Below, piece after piece: positions 1 through 10,310 of a stretch of 59,071 nt of DNA (its first letter is position 1; each line of letters starts with the position of its first letter). The stretch comes from Octopus bimaculoides. Lineage: Eukaryota. Position numbers and translations under genes: made by a program. The stretch is from positions 56,698,694 to 56,757,764 of the forward strand of contig NC_068995.1 in NCBI RefSeq assembly GCF_001194135.2, written 5' to 3'. The notes under the pieces were generated by a model. The model was given only the letters and a program-made list of their open reading frames with translations. It did not search any database and had not been told where the DNA came from.

Positions 1-39
<39 letters not shown>

Positions 40-82
40 ATATATATATATATATATACACTTGTATATATATATATATATA
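1..82. repeat. (TA)n/(TG)n microsatellite
   Basis: Dinucleotide run read directly from the sequence. Confidence 0.95.
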
Positions 83-371
83 TAAGAGATCTTAGGCCAA
101 CAGGTTTTGAGGTGTGTAAACCCTTTATTGACAGAAAACCGAAGGGAATCCCATAAACCGGCCTTCCCTGCATTTAATATATACTGCTCTTCATCTACAT
201 CCTAGAGTGTAGATGAAGAGCATCCAGCCATAGGATTCGTGACAATACATTCCTTGGATCTATCATATCCTGTCAAACTGTCCAACCCATGCCAGCATGG
301 AGGACAGACATTAAAGGTGGAGCTGAAAAAAATGTGTGTAGAAAGGAAACGAAAGAGTACTCAATGAATTA

Positions 372-1358
372 AAAACAGCCATGCTACATGGCAGTGAAAC
401 ATGGGCTGTGACTGCTGAGGACATGCGTAAGCTCGCAAGGAATGAAGCCGGTATGCTCCGCTGGATGTGTAATGTAAATGTGCATACCCATCAGAGTGTA
501 AGTATCTTGAGAGAAAAGCTGAACATTAGAAGCATCAGTTGTGGTGTGCAAGAGAGACGATTGCGCTGGTATGGACATGTGGTGAGAATGAATGAGGATA
601 GCTGCGTGAAAAAGTGCCACTCCCTAACAGTTGAGGGAACCCGTGGAAGAGGTAGGCCCAGGAAGACCTGGGCTGAGGTGGTGAGGCAAGACCTTCGAAC
701 ATTGGGCATCACCGAGGCGATGACTACTGACCGANNNNNNNNNNNNNNNNNNNNNNNNNNNNNNNNNNNNNNNNNNNNNNNNNNNNNNNNNNNNNNNNNN
801 NNNNNNNNNNNNNNNNNNNNNNNNNNNNNNNNNNNNNNNNNNNNNNNNNNNNNNNNNNNNNNNNNNNNNNNNNNNNNNNNNNNNNNNNNNNNNNNNNNNN
901 NNNNNNNNNNNNNNNNNNNNNNNNNNNNNNNNNNNNNNNNNNNNNNNNNNNNNNNNNNNNNNNNNNNNNNNNNNNNNNNNNNNNNNNNNNNNNNNNNNNN
1001 NNNNNNNNNNNNNNNNNNNNNNNNNNNNNNNNNNNNNNNNNNNNNNNNNNNNNNNNNNNNNNNNNNNNNNNNNNNNNNNNNNNNNNNNNNNNNNNNNNNN
1101 NNNNNNNNNNNNNNNNNNNNNNNNNNNNNNAAAGACACCATTTCGAGCGTGGCCATTTTCGTGCGGGTGACACATAAAAGCACCCACTACACTCTCTGAG
1201 TGGTTGGTGTTAGGAAGGGCATCCAGCTGTAGAAACTCTGCCAAACCAGACTGGAGCCTGGTGTAGCCATCCGGTTGCACCAGTCCTCAGTCAAATCGTC
1301 CAACCCATGCTAGCATGGAAAGCGGACGTTAAACGATGATGATGATGATGATGATGAT
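372..1358 (+). mobile_element. 5'-truncated RTE-clade LINE (RT C-terminus, gap, 3' UTR, (GAT)n tail)
   Basis: 372-734 translates to AMLHGSETW...MLRWMC...RRLRWYGHVVRM...EGTRGRGRPRKTWAEVVRQDL, typical RTE ORF2 C-terminal motifs. After the gap 735-1130 comes a 3' UTR ending gtccaacccatgctagcatggaaagcggacgttaaac(gat)8. Confidence 0.92.
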
Positions 1359-1489
1359 TTGTGGCTAAACAGTTGGCAACCCAAATGGTGCTGTTACTCT
1401 GAGTTTCATAAGCACAAAAGCTGATGTATAATTGATCAAATGTGTGTCATGCCTCACATATCTGAATCTGATTGCTTAAAGCTGAAGAG

Positions 1490-1686
1490 TTCAAACGTAA
1501 TGCTTTATTTATTCATGTTGTTTTGAATTACTTGTGCTTTACTTTGTAGCTTTCAGATTTCAAAGGTGTGACTGTTTATTTTTAGAATGACATTGTATGG
1601 TAGTAATAAGAGGCCAGATATGGCCAGTTTGAACATAAAACAGGTAGAATATTTAGGCTGAATATGGTTAGTTTAAATGCTAAAGA
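1490..1686 (+). mobile_element. TTAA-type (piggyBac-like) MITE, 5'-degenerate copy
   Basis: Colinear with the copies at 3023 and 14686 (cgtaatgct...tttagaatgacattgta...gtttgaacataaaacaggtagaatattt...gtttaaatgctaaag). Confidence 0.65.
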
Positions 1687-2255
1687 TCTAGACAGATGTT
1701 TTTGCACCTATGTAACTCTGAGTATTGCTTTTTGAGTTACCAACTGCACACACACAAAGGAAGAAATAAGAGGCACACAAACAGAAATGGACCACATGCA
1801 TAGATTAATAGATGCATGGTTATAATTATACTATGCATAATGTTATAGTTACTAAAGTAATAATAAACATTAGCAGAAAGGTATGTTTAAATGTATACAC
1901 TCATACAAATGCAAGCCATAAGCTTCTAAGTAGATTGTATGTAATAGCTTTGCTAAGCTAAGTACTGTGTAGGATGGGTTGGGCTTTTGGCTTCTTCATT
2001 AGATACAATCATAATGAGGTAGTTTACAGTGCCATGTTAGTGAATTAGTTCTGGTTGGATGAGCATTCATTTAATGGACATGATGTTGAAGTCTGTTGAT
2101 TGACAAAAACACCAGATGCTGATTTTGTTCTAATTAACAATTTTCTTTTGTCTACTCTAAAACAATTTTTGAGTTATACAGACTCCAATGAATATGCAAG
2201 TCTGATGCCTAATGATCTAAGTTTGAAATTATATATACACACACATATATATATT

Positions 2256-2391
2256 AAGAAAAAAGAGGTAGTCAGGATTTGAATAACTCTCTCTTTAGCA
2301 CTTTTGTCCCCTTTAGGGAGTCATAATGAAAAGGGATGACAGTGCTAAATAAATAGTTTTTTATCCAAATCCTGACGACCTCCTTTTTCTT
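2256..2391. repeat. Foldback / MITE-like element with 30-bp terminal inverted repeats
   Basis: 2257-2286 and the reverse complement of 2361-2390 match at 27/30 positions. Inner arms tttagcact (2294-2302) and agtgctaaa (2341-2349) are also complementary. Confidence 0.8.
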
Positions 2392-2720
2392 TATATATAA
2401 AGTTTTTACACCACTTCAAACAATCTACACACACACGTGCACATGGTATTTATATGGTGCAAGTTGCACTATTTTATATTTGATTTTACCTGAAAAAACT
2501 GAAATGCAACTTATACACAAGTAAATACAGTACGTACATACTCTACAAACATAAATACATCTATCAGTAGATATCACCTGGCTAATTAGATTTGCCAAAT
2601 AATTTGTATATGAGTTAATACTTTATAAGGATATATTTTTAGCCTTAGTCTAAAATAATGTTTGAGATCAAACTTAAAAATATATTCTTATAAATATTTT
2701 TATAACATCCCTATATAACA

Positions 2721-2754
<34 letters not shown>

Positions 2755-3022
2755 GATGTACTTTAGTAATCTTTTCCTCATAACTGAGTTTGACAGAGAG
2801 AAAGAAATGGTAGTGTCCACTTCTTTATCCAGACCCAAATTTCTTCACCCATTTAAGTACAAAGATATCAACAATGTCTTACATAATGAGTAATTTTTAC
2901 AGTTACTCTACTCACTTTCATTCAGAATGGATTCTTGAAATTTACTTAACCCATGTCACCTAACACAATATTTACATGTCTCAAATAATCTAATCTTGTT
3001 AAAGGAAAAAGAAACCTTTTAA

Positions 3023-3243
3023 CTCTTTAGCGTTCAGATTACTCTTCCATACGTAATGCTTATTCATTTGTATTCTTTGGAATTGGTCATGCACGACTTC
3101 ATAGCCTTGAGACTTTGATTGATTTGATGGTTTACTTTTAATATGATGCTATTGAGAAGATGCAAGAGAACAGATTACTGTGGTTTGAGCAGAAAACAGG
3201 CAGAATATTTTGGCTGGATATGGCTTGTTTAAATAGTAAAGGG
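3023..3243 (+). mobile_element. TTAA-type (piggyBac-like) MITE
   Basis: Begins TTAA|ctctttagcgttcagattactc and ends gtttaaatagtaaaggg. The termini are imperfect inverted repeats shared with 14686-14905. Confidence 0.7.
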
Positions 3244-6200
3244 CTGATGCCTAAAGGTAACAAGTTTCTAAAGTGTTCTCTCTCTCTCCACCGAAATTAA
3301 AACTTTAGTCACAGCATTATAGTTTGTTCTATTTTCAGTTCAATTCATGTCATTCCTTGAGCGAACCAACCAAGTAGTTCATATTTCATACAATTAGTTT
3401 ATACAAAACATCTGGAACACCTGGAACAGTATTGTTATTTTCTTGTTATGCCAAAACAGTCTGTTTTTTTGTTTTACTAAATTGTGAAAATATTTGGTTT
3501 ATGTTCCACTAACAGATTATGAGCTTAATCTTGAACAGGTTTAATTCATACAAAGTTTAAGGATTTGTGAACAGATGATTTTGAAACTGGATAATATAAG
3601 GCTTCACCAGCAGCAACCTTCTGTATAAGATATTTAGGTCCCATAATGCAATGCATTATTAGTATTAAAAGAAATGTATTCAAAAATTTATGTCCATGAA
3701 ATTTGATAAAAAATAAATCATTTCTCTAAGTTTGTGTGTGATATTAAGAGAAGTATTATTGTGATATTTTCAGTTGTGAATGCTATTTTAGTTGTTATCA
3801 CATTAAACATCATATTATTTAAATAAAACCATTAGACATTCAAGGTGAAGGAGAAAATCATGCAAATATATTTATAACCTACAGATATATACTAACACAC
3901 ACACACACACAAACATAGACATGATGTAGAACGCAAATTATTGACTTTCATAAAGCAAGGGGAAAGCAAAAGAAGCCAAAGAAATTATAAAAATTTTGGA
4001 TTGCATCATTTAATATTTCTGATGTAGTTTAGAGCTGGATAATTATTTACCAGCTTATTTTAGACATGATAGCGTCGTAGAGGACAAACATTAAAAATTT
4101 GAAAGGTTTTAATGTAACGAGATGGAATGTGGTTGGGAAGCAGCTTGTCACATGGCAGTAGAATTCAAAGCCATGCTCAATTCACCCATAAAAGTATTTA
4201 CTTTCAGTTTGTGCATAGTTTACCATATTTGGAATTTAGGAATGGACAAGTTCCACTTTTTATCTGTTCATGCATGACACTATATAAAGATATAAATTAT
4301 TTAAATATGAATGCACAGATATATTGTGCACAATATAGTGATATTCTTGCAAATACAATAGTAAACGCATGGTTCCACAAATACGTTAATTGGTGGCATG
4401 GTTCTGTGGCCATTATTTCATGCATTATCCTCAAATAGAAATGGAAACACCCTAAATTCATCTAAAAGTTTTGATTAAAGTGATTAGTCAAATAGTTTTG
4501 GTATAAATACACATACCAGGTTAAAAGTTGCAGCAAACTTCTCCAAATGAAATAACATGGTTCTTCTAATGGCATTGGTAACATTGCAATTGAGAGCAAT
4601 AACATTACATTTTGAACTATAAAGTGTGAAGCAAAAACCAAATTCTTCAAACTGAAATACCAGGCAATATAATTTCTAATTAATTAAATTTATTGACTAT
4701 GAATTGATGTAAATTCCACATAAGCTAACCAAGGCATTGTGTGAGAGAATTAAGTGGATAGATGGAAACTGAAAGAAGCCCACTGTGTGTGTGTGTGTGT
4801 ATATAAACACATACACACATTTATATACATATATACAAAAACACACACATATATATATGTATCTATATGCATCTATATATTTCAGTATGTGCATACGTGC
4901 ACGCATACACGCAGGTGTATACTCATGTGTACACATCATGTGATAGCTGTAAATGAGCATCATCACCATACAAGCACTTCTATACATGGATTGTATGGCT
5001 CTCACACCAGAGAGAGAGAAAGAGAAAGAGGGGACATAAGAGATAGATAGATATAACACAGATGACGGCACAAATACATACATATATACATACATACACA
5101 TACATATGTACACATATACATAAACACATACATACCTATACATAAGCACATTACAATGTACACACAAACACACATTCATATAAATGTATAGTTTTAATTT
5201 TGTCTTAAGATCCATCTTGAAGATGCTCTGAGAGAGCATCATCAGATATGCTCCTGGGGTCTCACAGGGCTTCGAATCAACATCAGCCTCCCCACTTTGC
5301 CCAGTATATCCAGCCAGGGTTGATCAAGTCCCACCTTGCATTCCAACAGCAGGAAGCCACTGGTCTTCCCTCTTTATCTAAAGCCACCTTGTAGCCTTCT
5401 CTGCTGATTCAATAATGGAATTTATAGTCACCACCCTTATCTTTTCTGTTTCATGTTATTCAATTATATCTGCTTCTTTACACCCAAGCAACTTATGTTG
5501 CTGACACAACCAAATTGAACAATATTATCAGAAGTTGTCAAAATTGTGGTGATATTTGGCTGACAACTGATGAAGGGTTGAGCATGTCTGTCACCATTGT
5601 ATATGCTCTTTTGTTATTCCCCTGTGCCACATTATTATCATGTAATAAAAAGAATGATAATAATGACAGTACTAATGAAGTTATAATATTAGTTACTACT
5701 AACAATAGTTAAAAGTAACTATTATGTGGTAGTAATAACACTGCTGACAACAATAAGAACAGGTTAAAAACTAAATGTCAAATGCTTACTTGTCTATTAC
5801 AAAAATAATTCATTCTGGGTCACAGTTTGTGAAATAGATTGTGACCCCTTGGGGACCACAGACAATTGAATAAATCCTAATATCCCACTTTTATGGGGTA
5901 TTTACAATATGATAATATATTAGAAAATATAAGGACACAGATCGTGTCATATAGCCAGCTGGAGACAATGTCTCTTGGGGCTAGATTAGAGCAACATTCA
6001 TCCTGAACCAGGACTGCCATGTTATGTTGGCAAACAATCTTTACTCCATGATAATATATTATTCAGAAAGATATGAAAAGTTACAAAAATTAAATCTTCC
6101 AGCTTGTGAAACAAACTATTATGAGTTATATACTAAGCTCAAATTACGAAAATACTGGATCTGGACTCACTCACCAAAATACTAACACTGATGATTTCAA

Positions 6201-6719
6201 ACACTAAAAGACTAAAAGTTTCAAGTGTGATAATGCAGTCAGCTGACTCAACTGCAGAAGATGTGAGGTAGTTATTTATGCAATCCCAGAGGGGTGAATC
6301 ATGAAGTCTACCACATCAGGATTTGATCTTGAAATGTAAGGAAACTAAAATAAGAGATTGAGTGTGTTAGATGCAATGACATTTCTGACTCAATAATGAT
6401 ATTGTTGTTGTTATTAGTAGCAGTGTTGAGACAAAAATGTAACAAAAACAAAACAAATATCTTGAAAGAGAAATAAACATCAAAGAACAGTAAATAAATT
6501 ATTGCATCATTTAGAAATATCTAAAAAAAAAAAAATAGCTATGTTCTGTTCAAAAGTAAGTTTCTGAATTTTAAACTCTAAGTTCAGAGTTTAAAGATGA
6601 AAATTATTGCAATGACATAATAAGAGCTAAAATGGTTTTGGTTACAATTTGACCTCACTTTCCCCAAAATAAATACATCACATGTCTGGTATTATACTTC
6701 ATCTCCAAAGCTCAAGTGA

Positions 6720-7075
6720 TATTAAAGCAGTGTTGTACCTTCAGTATCTCCTTATTCCGAATAAAGAGAAGACAGAGTTGCAAGAAGTTGGGGAAAATAT
6801 TCACCGAGATAAACCATTCATCATGAGAATCAAGTGATGTGCAACTAATTCTAGTGTTGATCCACAGCAAAAAAAACAAAAAAAAAATCAGAAAAAATCT
6901 GTATAAGTCGTGCGTCAGCTGGAAGAGAACAGTAGAGAGCAATGTGTTGAATTATTTGGCTGACATTTCTAGTGGCTCGTTGTAAGCAAGAATAACTAAG
7001 AGAGATTTAGTATGCAAGAGAAAAGAAAGGATTAAATACAAAGATCAGCTGAAGATATTTTCAATATTCGCTATC
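6720..7075 (+). mobile_element. Highly decayed RTE-like LINE remnant
   Basis: Frameshifted peptides RIKRRQSCKKLGKIF, RDKPFIMRIK and KRKERIKYKDQLK resemble RTE RT C-terminal motifs. Confidence 0.4.
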
Positions 7076-7149
7076 CAATAATCCTTTTGCTGAAATCAAA
7101 TATGTATCTTGGTGAAAGTAAATAGTGTTTTGAAAACTAAAGCACTCAC

Positions 7150-7296
7150 CTTGAAGTCTTCAAAGTCCATCCAGTATTGTTGGCCTCCAAAACATACAAA
7201 TGAAGTTGCTTGAAGTCATCCAATACGGCTAAATGGCAGCTGGAGGCTGAGAAAGCAGCAGCCAGGGTACGATTCTCTCCACATTCTGGTTCCTTC
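7150..7296 (-). CDS. WDR4: Internal coding exon, WDR4/Trm82-like (non-catalytic subunit of the tRNA m7G46 methyltransferase)
   Basis: Acceptor ...ttctgtcttgtag| (AG at 7298-7297) and donor AAG|gtgagt (GT at 7149-7148). The 147-nt, phase 2/2 exon encodes KEPECGENRTLAAAFSASSCHLAVLDDFKQLHLYVLEANNTGWTLKTS(R). This resembles the remembered human WDR4 segment [36 protein letters not shown]. An alternative acceptor would start the exon at 7318. Confidence 0.75.
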
Positions 7297-7408
7297 CTAC
7301 AAGACAGAATTTTGTAAACTGAAAGCTTGTAATAAAGGCAAGTGACTGTATCTAATTCCTATTAATCAAAGACGGCAGCTAAATATAACTATAAAAAGTG
7401 AATAGGAT

Positions 7409-7412
<4 letters not shown>

Positions 7413-7440
<28 letters not shown>

Positions 7441-7441
7441 G
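7413..7441. repeat. (GA)n microsatellite
   Basis: Read directly from the sequence. Confidence 0.95.
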
Positions 7442-8209
7442 AAGTGAGGAAGAAATGGAAAAACCAGTGAACCTTTGCCTTGCAAGTATTGACAGCTTAA
7501 AATACAATATGAGACCTAAAAGATCGACAAAGAGATTTCCCATGTATTCTGAACAATTGATAACCTCGATTGGGCTAGAAACAGCAATCAATCAGTTGTG
7601 GTAAGTATTGAACGGTATGCAGCTAAATGTACTGTACTATCGCAGCATTGACTCAATATATAAGATCAACCGTCTTCGCCTGACACAACACCTCAGCAAT
7701 TTGGCTCGATTGACAAAAAGAACTGCCAATATATATATAAATACATTATATTATCCATACATATATATAAATATATATATGTATGTATATGTGTAAGTAT
7801 TGTAGTGTTTTCTCTCTTCTAGACACACATCGACCTGTACAAAAGTGAGATATCAACAATTCTGTCTTTCTCTATTAGATACATCAACAGCTGCAAAACT
7901 TTTAATACACTTCTAATTATGCTAACATGAAACTATATATTCATCATATGGAACCAACCAAGCTAGCAGACAAACACTTCAATAACAAATAGTTAATATC
8001 ACTTTATTTCATTGAAAAATTCTCAGCTTCTGCTCCGTTTGTTAGTTTATCAATCTCAATCCATTGATCTTCTGGGGGTTTCTTTTATTTTTAATTTTTT
8101 TGTTTTTTATGTATATAACCTGTGTTTCAGTGCAGTCACTATGGGTAGATGAAGTTTTTTGGGGGCTGTTTTTTTTTTTTTTTTTTACTTTTCTTTTAGT
8201 TATTTCAGA

Positions 8210-8945
8210 GACTGAACTTCAGCCATGCTGGAGCACCACCTTGAATGAATGGTGTAGTTGAACAAATTGACCCAGTACGTATTTTTTTAAAATCAGATAT
8301 TTACTGTCAGTCTTATATGTTAAACCATCAAGTTACAGGAACATTAACAAACCAACACTGTATCACCGTCAAGCCAAGTGATATTGTAGTCATGGCTGAT
8401 TCTGGTGTTATGTAAGTCACACCGATACCAGTGGCATGTACAAAGCACATTTTGAGCAAAGTGGCTGATACTGGTGCCACATGAAAAGCTTCTTTCAAGT
8501 GTTGAGCATCGACCGAGACCTTTCGCATTACGTCATGCTTGAGAAGAAGACCCATCAGGCCAAGTAAAATCACAGTCGTGGCAGACAAGTGGCACCAGTG
8601 TCGGTGGCATGTAAAAGCACTCATTACACTCTCAGAGTGGTCAGCATTAGGAAGAGCATCCAACTGTAGAAACCATGCCAATTCAGACTAGAGTCTGGTG
8701 CAGCCTTCCAGTTTGCCAGCCCTGATCAAACCATCCAACCCATGCCAGCATGGACAATGGATGCTAAATGATGATGATGATGATGATATATGATTGGCTT
8801 CCGCATAGTTTCCATCTACCAAATTCTCTCACAAGGCATTAGCTGGTCCAGGGTTATAGCCAAAAACACTTGACTAAGGTGCTGCACAATGGAACTGAAC
8901 CTGAAACCATTTGGTTGCAAAGCAAGCTTCTTAACTACCTGCACT
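8210..8945 (-). mobile_element. tRNA-derived SINE family A, interrupted by an RTE 3' fragment
   Basis: SINE 3' part at 8210-8360 (gccatgctggagcaccacc...aaaccaacactg) and 5' part at 8791-8945 (gtttccatctaccaaattc...ggaactgaacctgaaaccatttggttg), both antisense. Confidence 0.7.
8361..8787 (+). mobile_element. RTE LINE 3' UTR fragment with (GAT)n tail
   Basis: Same 3' UTR as 1131-1358 (ctctcagagtggtcagcattaggaagagcatccaactgtagaaac...ccaacccatgccagcatgg...atgatgatgat). Confidence 0.8.
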
Positions 8946-8978
8946 GAGCTGGATGTGTGTGTATTCTTTATATTTTTG

Positions 8979-9372
8979 GCCATGATGGGGCACTGCCCTG
9001 AAGAATTTAAAGTCAATGAATCAATCCCAGTACACCTGTTGTTTTAAAGTCTAGTTCTTATTTTATCAGTCTGTTTCGCTGAACCACTAAGTTATGAGGA
9101 TGAGAACATCTCAACACTAGTTATCAAGCAGTGGTGGAGGAGAAACACAAACGTGTGTGTGTGTGTGTGTGTGCATATATATATATATATATATAGATAT
9201 ATATATATATAGCAGGCTTCTTTCAGTTTCCGTCTGTAAAATCCATTCACAAAGCTTTATTTGGCCTGAGGCTACATGAAAGACACTAGCCCAAAGTACC
9301 ACAAAGTGGGAGTAAACCCAGAGCCAGGTGGTTGCAAAGCACCACTTCTTACCACACAGCTAAGCCTGCACC
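8979..9372 (-). mobile_element. SINE family A, near full length
   Basis: Antisense copy with tRNA-like head (reverse complement of cttcttaccacacagc), core ttctttcagtttccgtct, internal (CA/TA)n and a 3' part. Confidence 0.8.
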
Positions 9373-9506
9373 TAGTTTTCCCCTGCTAGCAACTTTTTTC
9401 TGTCTTCTAAGGGTAAATACTCAATCTTTCTGTGTTGTTTTCACAGCTATACTGCATTCGAAATGTATTTTTCTTGTCTGTATTAAATATATATATACAC
9501 ACACAC

Positions 9507-9584
<78 letters not shown>

Positions 9585-9934
9585 ATATGCTGAATTTCTG
9601 AATTTACATTCAAATAAGTATCCGATTTCTGTTATATCAAGCTTTCTTCTGCTGGTGGCTCAAGTGACTTTGGAAGTGAAGGTAGTCATGTTTTAAGTAT
9701 ATTACCTTGTAAGACGATGTTCTTCAATTTAATAAAAATAAAAAAAAAGAAGCAGGCTTTTAGATGTAAATTGATCTATCTCAAAAAATAAATATCTATA
9801 GCATAAGTATAGAAATCACACATAAAAATGTATATCTTTTAAATTTTGTACTTAAACATTTTCTAAGTAATATATATTAGTATACAGGATATATTTGCAC
9901 GTGTTTATGTTCGTATTTATAAAATACATTTAAT

Positions 9935-10100
9935 ATGGGTGGAAATCTCAGAAGGAAGAGCACCCAGTTGTAGAAACCTTGTTGAAGCAAACATTGTGGC
10001 TTAGAGCAGTCGTTTACTTGTTGGTTCCTTTTAAACTGTCCAACCCATTCCAACATAAAAAACAGAGGCATTAAATGCTGCTACTGCTGCTAATGATGAT
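9935..10100 (+). mobile_element. RTE 3' tail fragment
   Basis: aggaagagcacccagttgtagaaacc...aaactgtccaacccattccaacat...atgatgatgatg. Confidence 0.65.
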
Positions 10101-10227
10101 GATGCACTTGTGAAAACAGAGCAATTAGGGAACATGTTCGTGCTGCAGAAAAGTGTGATAACAAATAGACAAAGTCTGTCATTTAGTCTTTTTGCCTGAA
10201 TTCCACAAAACATATTAACAAATATTA

Positions 10228-10310
10228 ATATTCTTTTCTACTCTAGGCACAAGGCCTGAAAGTTTTGCAGAGGGGACCAGTCGATTAGATCGATCCCAGT
10301 ATGCAATCGG
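10228..10310 (-). mobile_element. SINE family B, 3' fragment
   Basis: ttcttttctactctaggcacaaggcctgaaa...ggggaccagtcgattagatcgatcccagta is the reverse complement of the 3' end of 51713-51930. Confidence 0.75.

Noticed and set aside
491-1280. Long ORFs crossing the first N-gap (also those at 19005-19756 and 54340-55418)
   Set aside because: They are long only because N codons contain no stops; the flanks are antisense LINE sequence or microsatellite.
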